In this document: positions 47,884 through 56,978 of the stretch, piece by piece
Position numbering within the stretch: position 1 is the stretch's first letter
Layout: each line of letters starts with the position of its first letter
From: Candidatus Latescibacterota bacterium
GTDB lineage: Bacteria; Latescibacterota; UBA2968; UBA8231
DNA: 64,000 nt
Reading direction: 5' to 3'
Assembly: GCA_965217585.1 (NCBI GenBank)
Contig: OZ244561.1
Coordinates: 2,912,001-2,976,000, forward strand
Notes under the pieces: model-generated
Seen by the model: the letters and a program-made list of their open reading frames with translations, nothing else
What the model was told of the DNA's origin: nothing
The model's database searches: none
Translations under genes and position numbers: made by a program

Positions 47884-48660
47884 TTAGTGTGGTGGCCGGA
47901 GGACGGCTTGTTGCTCTGGCGTCATGTCCCGGACGTAGGGGGGATACGATATCTCGGAGATAGAGGGGACGAGGGTTTGGTAGCGCGGGCAGTAGGAGTA
48001 GAGCAGGGTGCGGCGCTGGTGGTCCGCTCGCCAGACTAGGGTGCCGTGAATGGTGGTTTCGGCGAAGATCACGACATCGCCGGTGCGCACGTTGACTTCG
48101 ACGACTTCGTCTTGGAAAGCCTCGCAATCGCGCAGCGCTTCGGGGATCGGATAGTTGGCTTTATGGCCGCCGGGGACTACGGCCAAGCCGCCGTCGCCGG
48201 GGCCTTCGTCGGCCAGCGGGAATTCCACTAGAGTCAGGCTGTTGTAGATCTTGCCGAATTTCCAGTGATAGGTCAGCGAATAGGACAGCCGATCGAGTTG
48301 GCCGCCGTGGAGGTAGTGACCGGCGCAGCCTTTGTCCATCACAATTAGTCGTGGCCGCGTGGCCATGTGATAGTCGCCTATTATTTCGCGCAAGTATGGT
48401 TTGAGGCGGGGGTGTACCATCAATTGGCGGAAGGGCTCGCAGTAGGGTCGCTCCCAGGCAACCATCTCATCACTCCAGCGCTGGCGGATGTCGCTGGTCA
48501 GGGCCTTGGACTCGCCTTCGAAGCGGCGCTCGTGGACCTCGATTTGGTCGTCGTAGTGATCGATGGCCTCGTTGCAGCGGCGGATGGTGTCTGGATCGAC
48601 GACATCTCTGAGGATGAGGTAGCCGTTGAGGTCGAAGAAATACTTTTCGTCGTCTGTCAT
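47884..48660 (-). CDS. PhyH-family Fe(II)/2OG enzyme (HxG variant), paralog of the adjacent gene
   Basis: YFFDLNGY, LHGG, DEGPGDGGLAVVPGGHKAN, FAETTIHG. Confidence 0.88.
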   Translation of the reverse strand: MTDDEKYFFDLNGYLILRDVVDPDTIRRCNEAIDHYDDQIEVHERRFEGESKALTSDIRQRWSDEMVAWERPYCEPFRQLMVHPRLKPYLREIIGDYHMATRPRLIVMDKGCAGHYLHGGQLDRLSYSLTYHWKFGKIYNSLTLVEFPLADEGPGDGGLAVVPGGHKANYPIPEALRDCEAFQDEVVEVNVRTGDVVIFAETTIHGTLVWRADHQRRTLLYSYCPRYQTLVPSISEISYPPYVRDMTPEQQAVLRPPH

Positions 48661-48730
48661 ACGCCAATTTCCCGTAAACAGTGGGCCTAGGAAGGTGGAC
48701 GATGACGCCGCGGTACGCAACTCCGGGACT

Positions 48731-49252
48731 TCACTCCGGCGCTGGTTTCGAGCTGTCCAGTGCTTCTTGGAGAGCGGCGGTTAGGACCTCGGGCTCGTCC
48801 GTGCCGATGCGACAGGTCTTGCCGCTCTTCATTTTCAGTTCCACTGCCTCCTGTCCTGAGACATTGTAGAGCCAGCCGTAGGGTGTCAGGCGGATGCCCC
48901 AGCCGTAGAGCGAGGGGTTGCTCACCGGCCGGCAGGTGTCGATCTGATCGAGGGGGAAGCGCTTGCGGATCAGGCCGATGCCAAAGCGGATGCGGAGGTG
49001 TTCGGCGTCGATCTCGACCGTTAGGCTGGCGAACAGAGCCAAGACTATGGCGAAGAATACCACTATGCTGCCTAGCAGCGTGATAGTGGCTATTTCGACC
49101 ACCCACGCGGACGCGGGCAAGACGGTCAGCGATATGGCGACCGAGGCGATGACGGCGGCGATGACCGTGCCGATGGCGACGACGATGACCGCGCCGAACT
49201 GGGTGTGGCGATAGGCGTTCACAGCATCTGTTCCTGCCAGGGTTTGATCCAC
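48731..49252 (-). CDS. Small membrane protein (bacterial PH-like domain)
   Basis: Two TM helices, SLTVEID..LRIRFG, GWGIR, YNVSG, IGTDEP; start uncertain. Confidence 0.65.
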   Translation of the reverse strand: MDQTLAGTDAVNAYRHTQFGAVIVVAIGTVIAAVIASVAISLTVLPASAWVVEIATITLLGSIVVFFAIVLALFASLTVEIDAEHLRIRFGIGLIRKRFPLDQIDTCRPVSNPSLYGWGIRLTPYGWLYNVSGQEAVELKMKSGKTCRIGTDEPEVLTAALQEALDSSKPAPE

Positions 49253-50205
49253 AGGCCCACCAACTTGCCGTCTTGGTCGAGGACGACGCGCACCTCGGGT
49301 GATGCGGTACTGTACCGGCCCCTGAAGCGGTGGATCAGCAGGTGCGGTTGGCCCTCTATGGACCGGGTCTCGACGAAGTCTAGGCCCTCAAAGGTGCCGA
49401 AGAGCTGCCGAATTTGTTGGTAGCTGTGGCGCTGGACTTCTGCGGTGAAAGCCTTGCGAAAGCTCTCAGTGGCCTCTGGCCCCAAGGCTTCAAAGCGACC
49501 CTGCTCGTGGGCTTGGAGGATCTGGGTGGCCAGTTGCTCAGCCAGATGGTGTTGTTCGGACTGGACGGGTGGGCTGGCAACGGTCTGGGGAGTTGCGGTC
49601 CCTGGCAGCAGGCGTCCCGCCGCTCCGGTGGCGACCTCGCCTAGGGCAATGGCGGCGATGAATACGGCAATGGCCCGACCACCGGCGACATTGCACGAAA
49701 TAGCAAAGGCGCGGTACATCAGTAGTACCATCCAGACCAGCAGCAGTATCAGCACTATGCCTACCGAACTGAGGAGGGCAAGCTGCGCGATAGAGAAATC
49801 CGAGATGCTCTCGGTGACCAAAGACGTGGCGATGCTGCGAAAGAGCGGCGACACCGCGATCAGGGCTATGAGCAGTCCGGGAGCTCGGGCTAGGGCCTGG
49901 GTGCCGAAGACGTCGATGGGGCGCACGCGGCTGCGGCTGATCAGGCGACCGCCGATGTAGAGCAGGGCACTGGGGATGGCCCAGGCCATGAGGCCCTGCG
50001 CTATAGCGTGCCAGAGCGGGGCCGGGGCCGTGCGCTGGAAGGAAATCACGCCTGTGAAGCGGAAATCGAAGATGCCGCCAAGCCAAGCAGTCAAAACAAT
50101 ACATGCTAGGCCCCAGGCTAGGGCTTGGCCGCCGGCTAGGAAGTGAAAGGGATTGAACAGCCACAGGTGCCAGGCTGAGGTCGTGCGGGTGTGGGGAGCG
50201 TCCAT
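49219..50205 (-). CDS. Membrane protein (Yip1-like) with C-terminal DUF3887-like domain
   Basis: About five TM helices, then QIRQLFGTFEG...EVRVVLDQDGKLVGLWIKP. Confidence 0.6.
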   Translation of the reverse strand: MDAPHTRTTSAWHLWLFNPFHFLAGGQALAWGLACIVLTAWLGGIFDFRFTGVISFQRTAPAPLWHAIAQGLMAWAIPSALLYIGGRLISRSRVRPIDVFGTQALARAPGLLIALIAVSPLFRSIATSLVTESISDFSIAQLALLSSVGIVLILLLVWMVLLMYRAFAISCNVAGGRAIAVFIAAIALGEVATGAAGRLLPGTATPQTVASPPVQSEQHHLAEQLATQILQAHEQGRFEALGPEATESFRKAFTAEVQRHSYQQIRQLFGTFEGLDFVETRSIEGQPHLLIHRFRGRYSTASPEVRVVLDQDGKLVGLWIKPWQEQML

Positions 50206-50231
50206 GGGAGCTTCTTTCTATGCAATGCGCG

Positions 50232-50567
50232 TTACTCTTGCTCGGCTTTGCCGAGATCGTTCTTTGGGCTTTCCGCCTCTTCCAACGGCCCCAGTTGCTC
50301 GACGAGGGCATCGAGGCGGTTGCGCAGAGTGGGGTAGGAGACGCCGTAGAGTTTGGCCATGTGCTTGAGATTGCCGCCTATCTGGAGGAAGCGGAGCACA
50401 AAGGTCTGATCCTCTGGGGCAAGGCGGGCCAATGGTGGCAGGGCAAAGTCGCCTAGCACGGACGTATCGCACTCGGTACAGTCTAGGCGGGCGACCTGCA
50501 GGGCCGCGGAACAAGCCGGGCAATGGGTAGGCAAGCGAGGGTTCTGCATTGGATCAGTATGATTCAT
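50232..50567 (-). CDS. DUF2089 family zinc-ribbon/HTH regulator
   Basis: CPAC...L.C.EC...G.F, GNLKHMAKLYGVSYPTLRNRLD. Confidence 0.9.
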   Translation of the reverse strand: MNHTDPMQNPRLPTHCPACSAALQVARLDCTECDTSVLGDFALPPLARLAPEDQTFVLRFLQIGGNLKHMAKLYGVSYPTLRNRLDALVEQLGPLEEAESPKNDLGKAEQE

Positions 50568-50568
50568 T

Positions 50569-50649
50569 TTTATTCAATTAATTTTTAAATAAGTTAAAAT
50601 TATATTTTCTTTTACGCAAGAATAATTTTTAAATATGTAATTGAATAAA
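50569..50649. promoter_or_regulatory. AT-rich promoter/operator region upstream of the DUF2089 gene
   Basis: 12-bp inverted repeat TTTATTCAATTA (50569-50580) / TAATTGAATAAA (50638-50649); direct repeat TAATTTTTAAATA at 50579 and 50623. Confidence 0.55.
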
Positions 50650-50824
50650 TGGCGAGTTATACGCCGTGCTCCGGAAGCAGCAGCGATTCGACAAGGGATC
50701 TGTCGCTTACCGGGAAATCCTTGCTACGAGGGTAGGTTCATGGTATCTTGCCCCTCTCTTAAGGATATCATGCCATGATTCTAATAAGTTCCTTGTAAAT
50801 TCCTTGAATCAAGGCTTTGTGGCC

Positions 50825-53494
50825 ATGAGGAAGCTGGCGCTCGTTTTCGTTGCGGTGTCCATCTATGTGCCTTCTCTCCAGGCCCAAGATCAACGGCTCG
50901 AACTTCCAACCTATCACCTGACCGTCGATCCCGCCGACCTGAGTGCCCTCTACCAGTCCCCCCGCAGCGATGTCCGCTATCCCGCCCAATTTTCCTTCGA
51001 GGGAGAGGTTCTCGAGTGCGAGGTGCGATTCCGGGGCGGGAGGACGTCCCGCAGGTACCCAAAGAAAAGCTGGAAGGTCTGGTTTGAGGATCCATCCAAT
51101 CCGGTTGGAGTCAGGGAGCTCAACCTCAACGCGGAATACTCGGATCTCTCGTTGATGCGCAACGCGCTGGCCATGAGGTTGTATCAGTTCATCGGCCATC
51201 CAGCGCCGAATACCGAGCACATCAGCCTGATGGTCAACGATGACTTCATGGGCGTCTTCGTCCAGGTAGAGGAGCCTGATCAGGATCTTCTTCGGCGGTA
51301 CGACTACGAGCTCGGAAGTCTCTACAAATCCGAGGATCACGGTGGGAGTACAGCGCCATTGCTGGATTACGACACCTACCTTTGTTCGTGGAACAAGAAG
51401 GTGGGAGGTGAATCCGACTATATCAATGGGCAGCGGCTATTCAATCAGCTCCTCTATCTGACGTATGAGGATTTTGCAGAGCGGATTTCCCTTCTGGTGG
51501 ATGTGGAGAATGTGCTTCAATACTTCGCGATCGCCTATGCGATCTCCAGTCTAGACGCCGTGACGAAGAATACGCTGCTCTATTTAGATCCGAGCGGGCG
51601 CTTGCATCAAATCTTACCCTGGGATCACGATGCTTCCTTCGGCAATCACTGGACCGGAGAATACCGGCCCGACTTTGAAACGGTCTCCGAACACCCCCAT
51701 CTGAACCACCATCTTCTATTTCAGAGGTTGATGGAATACGACGCCTGGCGCGAGTCGTTCTGGAGCAAGGTCAGCTTCGTCATCGAGCACGGATTCGCCG
51801 CCGTGGAGGCCGAGATCGATTCAACGTACGAGTTGATCAAGTCGGACGTTTATCTGGACGGAGCCAAGCTTGGCACCAACGCCGAATTTGACGATGAGAT
51901 CTCGCGTCTGAAAGGCTTTCTGGCGGCGAGGAGATCGTTCCTGACGGATTTCCCCTTTGTCGAAAAGAATCTTCTATCGGACTTGTACTGCTCCGATCCG
52001 TTTCCCTCGCCCGATGCCGATGATCGCGGCGTGGTGTTTCGAGCCACTTCGCGCAGCCCCCAGGCCGTCGTGGTCGAATACATCACGGATTTGTCGTCCT
52101 ACAAGACATGGGGAGAAGGGATCACGGTCAAGGAACTCGCGCTGTTCGACGATGGTCGACACGATGATCTGCAGGCGGGGGACCTCGTCTACGGCAATCG
52201 TCTCGTGCTGCCCAAAAACTACACGGGCCTCGTGCCCTATTCTTTCAGGGCCGGAGACTACTACAGCTATCCCTCCAACGGGCTATTCTACATCAATTAC
52301 AGGACCACGAAGACGTTCGCTTTGAATGTGAATCACGCCGGTATCGAGGGGTATCGACACTTGCAGATCGGAGACGTTCATCGGATACGCGATGAATATT
52401 TCATCGAGATCATCAATGCCGGTGAGTTGAATCTGAACCTTTCCTACTGCAGCTTTGAAGCCGGGGAGTATTTCAACCGCTTCATGTTCCCGCCCGAGAC
52501 GAACATCGAGGCGGGCACCAGCCTGATCCTTTCCTCGAACAGAGATGCCGCCGGGGACCTGTTTCCGGACTCGCCCGTCTTCGGCAACCTTTTTTTCGAT
52601 GTCTCGCTGGGCGACACGATGAAGCTGCTGACGCCCACACTGACGGTGATGACGGCTCGCGTCAACGAGACCTACAGCGCTGTCGATCTTCCGATACCAT
52701 CCATTGTGATCAACGAAATCAACTATCATTCAGCGGATGATCTGGATGCGGGAGATTGGGTCGAGTTGTACAATCCCAACGATGCTTCCGTCGATCTTGC
52801 CGGTTGGTACTTTCAAGACGACGATGACGACCATTCCTTTGTGCTGCCCGGTGGGACGCTCATCGAGCCGCGCGGATTTCTGGTGTTGTGCCGAGATGGT
52901 GCGGCTCTCGAATCCCTCCTGGGGGTCTCTTGTGTCGGAGACTTCGATTTCGGATTGAGGAACAGTGGAGAGCTGGTTCGCCTCTTCGACAGCGATGGAT
53001 TACTGGTCGATTCTTTCACCTACCAAGACGACAGTCCGTGGCCGGTGGAGGCGGACGGCGACGGTCCTACGCTGGAGTTGCTTCACTATAGCTTGGACAA
53101 TGCGGACCCCATGCACTGGCGGGCTTCCATCCCGATGGGGGGCACTCCGGGTCGGGCCAACAGCGTGTTGGCGTCACCTACATCTGTCGCGAGCGAGACG
53201 GACGAGGGAGCACCGCGGTCGTTCAACCTCTTTCAGAACTATCCCAATCCCTTCAATAGCGAAACCCACATCGCCTTTCACCTACCGCGAACGGAGCATC
53301 TTTCTCTGGAAATCTTCAACTTGACCGGCCAATTGGTGGCCACCCTGATGGAGGGCGTTTATCGAGCGGGCAGACACCGGATAGCCTGGGACGGCCGGAA
53401 CGATCGAGGAGAGTCCGCTGGTTCCGGGATATTCTTCTATCGGTTGACGACGGAAACCTTGCAGTCAACGCGAACCATGGTCCTCGTCAAGTGA
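50825..53494 (+). CDS. Secreted CotH-kinase-family protein with lamin-tail domain and T9SS-A/FlgD-like C-terminal domain
   Basis: Signal peptide from 50825; RFRG.TSR.YPKKSWKV, ILPWDHDASFG; IVINEINY..DWVELYN; GGTPGRANS; QNYPNPFN...WDGRND. Confidence 0.85.
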   Translation: MRKLALVFVAVSIYVPSLQAQDQRLELPTYHLTVDPADLSALYQSPRSDVRYPAQFSFEGEVLECEVRFRGGRTSRRYPKKSWKVWFEDPSNPVGVRELNLNAEYSDLSLMRNALAMRLYQFIGHPAPNTEHISLMVNDDFMGVFVQVEEPDQDLLRRYDYELGSLYKSEDHGGSTAPLLDYDTYLCSWNKKVGGESDYINGQRLFNQLLYLTYEDFAERISLLVDVENVLQYFAIAYAISSLDAVTKNTLLYLDPSGRLHQILPWDHDASFGNHWTGEYRPDFETVSEHPHLNHHLLFQRLMEYDAWRESFWSKVSFVIEHGFAAVEAEIDSTYELIKSDVYLDGAKLGTNAEFDDEISRLKGFLAARRSFLTDFPFVEKNLLSDLYCSDPFPSPDADDRGVVFRATSRSPQAVVVEYITDLSSYKTWGEGITVKELALFDDGRHDDLQAGDLVYGNRLVLPKNYTGLVPYSFRAGDYYSYPSNGLFYINYRTTKTFALNVNHAGIEGYRHLQIGDVHRIRDEYFIEIINAGELNLNLSYCSFEAGEYFNRFMFPPETNIEAGTSLILSSNRDAAGDLFPDSPVFGNLFFDVSLGDTMKLLTPTLTVMTARVNETYSAVDLPIPSIVINEINYHSADDLDAGDWVELYNPNDASVDLAGWYFQDDDDDHSFVLPGGTLIEPRGFLVLCRDGAALESLLGVSCVGDFDFGLRNSGELVRLFDSDGLLVDSFTYQDDSPWPVEADGDGPTLELLHYSLDNADPMHWRASIPMGGTPGRANSVLASPTSVASETDEGAPRSFNLFQNYPNPFNSETHIAFHLPRTEHLSLEIFNLTGQLVATLMEGVYRAGRHRIAWDGRNDRGESAGSGIFFYRLTTETLQSTRTMVLVK

Positions 53495-53589
53495 TGGGGG
53501 CGTGTCATGACAGGCATAGAATACGACTCACACCGCACGAAGCTTAGGCATCCCGTCCGCTGGCTGACAGGCTGCTGGGTGGTTTTACT

Positions 53590-53760
53590 CTTGCTATCGC
53601 CCGCCGGTAGCCAGGACGGATCGCCAGCACCTCCTTGCGTCCGTCGCTCATGGCACCGATGACGACCAGCAGCGCGGCCTTCTCCTTCTCCAGTCCCGCC
53701 TTCACGTAGATGCCATCCGCCCAGGCGTAGACCACCTCCCGGTCGTCCAGACGCCGCTGC
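53590..53760 (-). mobile_element. IS256-family transposase internal fragment
   Basis: VYAWADGIYVKAGLEKEKAALLVVIGAMSDGRKEVLAI..GYR. Confidence 0.8.
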
Positions 53761-53810
53761 TGTCAGGCCTCGAACTCCATTTGCTAATATTTGACGATAT
53801 ACAGTGAATA

Positions 53811-54087
53811 ACTGACGTTACGCAGTTTTTGTCATGCCTGCGAAAGCAGGCATCCAGATTACTCCTCGGCGGTTCGGGCTTCGGTACGTTTGGTTGAACC
53901 GCTGAGCGACTCGACAACTCGATTGAGCGCACCGAATTCCGCATCGTGCGCGGGGCTGGATTCCCGCCCCGTGTCGGGGCACGGGGTGACGTTCTTTCGC
54001 GGGAATGACATGAGTGGGCGGCAGGAAGCCACAGACGATAACGGCTGCGTAACATCAGTACCTAAGAAGTCCGTGCGTAACGTCAGT
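53811..54087. mobile_element. MITE-like element containing an inverted REP pair
   Basis: Perfect 14-bp terminal inverted repeats ACTGACGTTACGCA/TGCGTAACGTCAGT; GAATA on both flanks; internal GTCATGCCTGCGAAAGCAGGCATCCAG and CTGGATTCCCGC...CGCGGGAATGAC. Confidence 0.75.
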
Positions 54088-54167
54088 GAATAAGTGAATG
54101 TAGCGCACCAGAGCTAAGTTCTGATGCTGGCTCGCTCACTAGGGCAACAGTCTGGAGAGGAATAATT

Positions 54168-54986
54168 ATGGACGAATTCGCATTGGCGGAGGATTTCCAG
54201 TTCGACGCGCAGGGTTTTCTCATGCTGCGGAACGTCTTTGACGCCGAGCGCTGCCGGGGCTACCTCGAAGAGCTTGAGCGACTGTTTGCGCGCAAATACG
54301 ATGACCCTTGGCTGCGCGATGGGGTTCGCGGGCAGACGACGGTGCAGATCGCCGAAGGCCAGCGGCGGGTCAACGGCCTGCCGCTGTGGACGGAAGTATT
54401 CGACGAGGTCATCAGTTTTGCGCCGGTGGTGGAGCGCTTGCGGCGCTGGATGCAGCACCCCCAGCTCGTCAACACGTGGGCTATTGAGAAGACGGAGGGG
54501 ACGCCTTGGGGTGGATGGCACCGGGGGTTAAATCCAGACGACTATACCGTGCGCAGAGGGCAGATCCGCACGCGCATGTTGAATTGCGTGTACTTTCTGA
54601 CGGACAACGATGAAGAAGATGGCTGCTTAGCGGTGGTGCCCGGTGCGCACAAGTCGGAGATCGATCTGCCCATGGCCGAGTACCGGAGCCGCGATTTGCC
54701 CGGGGCCGTGCGGGTCACTGGGAAGGCGGGGGATATGGTCATGTTCTCGGAGACGCTGCTCCATACGGGCGCGGCAAAGAGTTCATCCCGTCAGCGCACG
54801 AACCTCTATTTCAATTACATCGACGCCACCTACAACCCGGCGATGCGGGAACTGCTGGCCGGCAACCAAGGCAACGTCAACCACTACGTGTTCCCACCCG
54901 AGGTGCGCTCTCGTTTCGACGAGACTCAGCGCGAGCTTACCGAGTGGATGGAGTGGCAGCGCACGGCACCGGCGTCGAGTGGCTAG
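54168..54986 (+). CDS. PhyH-family Fe(II)/2OG enzyme (HxG variant)
   Basis: FQFDAQGF, WHRG, DGCLAVVPGAHKS, GDMVMFSETLLH. Confidence 0.85.
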   Translation: MDEFALAEDFQFDAQGFLMLRNVFDAERCRGYLEELERLFARKYDDPWLRDGVRGQTTVQIAEGQRRVNGLPLWTEVFDEVISFAPVVERLRRWMQHPQLVNTWAIEKTEGTPWGGWHRGLNPDDYTVRRGQIRTRMLNCVYFLTDNDEEDGCLAVVPGAHKSEIDLPMAEYRSRDLPGAVRVTGKAGDMVMFSETLLHTGAAKSSSRQRTNLYFNYIDATYNPAMRELLAGNQGNVNHYVFPPEVRSRFDETQRELTEWMEWQRTAPASSG

Positions 54987-55036
54987 GCGAGATATTCGTA
55001 GAAGTAAGCGATTAACAGGCGATAAAGGAGAATCAC

Positions 55037-56416
55037 TTGACGAATATACCCTCTCCCTCGCCAGAGGAAGTCTTGGCCGAAGGAGAAGTGCAAGAGCGAC
55101 GGGACGCTCTCCGGCGCACGGTTCAAGAAGCATTTGAGGCCGAGGATCTAGGCACCCTGCGTCTCATCCTCAACGACCATCACCCTGCGGACTTGGCCGA
55201 TTTGTTCCGCCACCTAGACGAAGAGGAGCAACCCGTAGCATTGCAGACTTTGGCTGAGCCGCTGGCCGCCGCGGTCTTGGCCGAGATGGACACGGATGTC
55301 CTGCGCGAGGTGGCCGAAGATCTGCCCGCTGACGATTTGTCGGGATTGGTCGATGAAATGGCCCCCGACGATGCGGCCGATGTCTTGGGCGACCTGTCTG
55401 AGGAGCAGAGTGCCGAGGTCCTCGATTTGCTCGAAGGCGAGGAAGCGGGGCAGGTACGCGAGTTGTTGGCCCATCCCGAGGATACGGCCGGCGGGCTGAT
55501 GACCTCGCGTTTTATCGCCATGTCCGAGGAGATGAGCGCAGCCCAAGCCATAGAGCAGGTGCGGGCTTGGGCCGAAGACGAAGATGAGGTGTTCTATCTC
55601 TATTTGACCGACCAAGAGGGGCTGCTGAGTGGTTTGGTGCCGCTCAAGCGGTTGTTGTTGGCCCCGGCCGATGCCCCGGTTGGCACCTTGGCCAAGCGCA
55701 ATCCGATCGCGGTGCGGAGCGATATGGACCAGGAGGAGATCGCCTATATCTTCGCCGAGTACGATCTGTGGGTATTGCCGGTGGTCAATGATGTAGGGCG
55801 CTTGGTGGGCGTGGTGACTGTGGACGACATCTTCGACGTCATCGAAGAGGAGACCACCGAGGATATGTACGAGATGGCGGCTATTCCCTCGGAGGAGCGC
55901 ACGGATCGCTCGGCTGCGGGCGTGGTGCGTCTGCGGCTGCCTTGGCTGTTGGTTTGCTTGGGGGGCACTTTGCTCGCGGGTGCGGTGATCGAGGGTTTTG
56001 CCGATACGCTGGCCACGGTCCTTGCCCTGTCTTTTTTCGTGCCCGCGGTCATGGCTATGGGCGGCAATACGGGCATCCAGACCGCTACGGTGACTGTGCG
56101 CAGCTTAGCCATCGGCCAGGAGCAATGGGGCTTGGTGGGACGCGAACTGCGGGTGGCTTTGGGCTTGGGGGGTATTCTGGGTGTTTTGTCTTGGGGCGTG
56201 GCTAGCTGGTGGACTGGCGATGTGCTCTTGGGGGGATGCGTCGGCTTGGCGATGGGGGCGGCGGTGATACTGGCGGCGGTGATGGGTGCTGTGGTGCCGT
56301 TGGTTTTCCGCCGCTTGGGGATTGATCCGGCTGTGGCTTCGGGGCCGCTGATCACGACGATCAACGACGGGTTGTCTCTGCTGCTCTATTTTGGGATTGC
56401 TGTGTTTTTCTTGTAG
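55037..56416 (+). CDS. mgtE: Magnesium transporter MgtE
   Basis: HPADLADL N-domain, CBS pair, RLPWL, GGNTGIQT, IDPAVASGPLITTIND. Confidence 0.95.
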   Translation: MTNIPSPSPEEVLAEGEVQERRDALRRTVQEAFEAEDLGTLRLILNDHHPADLADLFRHLDEEEQPVALQTLAEPLAAAVLAEMDTDVLREVAEDLPADDLSGLVDEMAPDDAADVLGDLSEEQSAEVLDLLEGEEAGQVRELLAHPEDTAGGLMTSRFIAMSEEMSAAQAIEQVRAWAEDEDEVFYLYLTDQEGLLSGLVPLKRLLLAPADAPVGTLAKRNPIAVRSDMDQEEIAYIFAEYDLWVLPVVNDVGRLVGVVTVDDIFDVIEEETTEDMYEMAAIPSEERTDRSAAGVVRLRLPWLLVCLGGTLLAGAVIEGFADTLATVLALSFFVPAVMAMGGNTGIQTATVTVRSLAIGQEQWGLVGRELRVALGLGGILGVLSWGVASWWTGDVLLGGCVGLAMGAAVILAAVMGAVVPLVFRRLGIDPAVASGPLITTINDGLSLLLYFGIAVFFL

Positions 56417-56978
56417 GGGTGGGGCTACTCGGTGATAGGCAGCAAACCCGTACTGCCAGCACTGCCGAGGGACCTGCGAGAGCACAAACGATCTTCAGGG
56501 ATCTTGCCCGACCCGTGCGTTCAGCGTCTTGACAGAGAGGTCCCCAAAGGCACCTTATTATTATAGAGTAGGAAATCCACCGCGCAGATTATTAGAGCAG
56601 GAGAAGAAAGTAGTTTCGGAGAGTCGGATCACACTGGCGAGCCACAACTCCCGTGCACGTGGGTGTGCCCCGAACGAGCTGACGAGGAGTAATCATGCAG
56701 ACTTCGCTTACCGGCTGCTTTCGGGCATATGAGATACCGTTGCTGTCGTTCGTTGATTGCAATATAGCCGACATGGACATCGGGGCAACAACCCGAAGGC
56801 CGACCCGCAGAAGGTGCGAGTGGTGTTAGTATTATCCACGGGCAGCGCAAACTGAAGGTACCCGCACGGAGATAACGCTTGCTACTCCTTGTCGGCCGGA
56901 GGTACGACAGTTGAGAGATCCCGTTGCCTGTCCAGCGATCGAAATCCATCACATAACGAATTCCCTGGGAGAGGTGCC

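Noticed and set aside
48650-48730. Possible stranded gene tail (PGVAYRGVIVHLPRPTVYGKLAYDR*) overlapping the PhyH start
   Set aside because: No source gene in the window to compare with
56694-56828. 44-aa ORF MQTSLTGC...RRRCEWC with a GAGGAG RBS upstream of the PARIS-like pair
   Set aside because: No recognisable family; may be a remnant, so there is too little support to call
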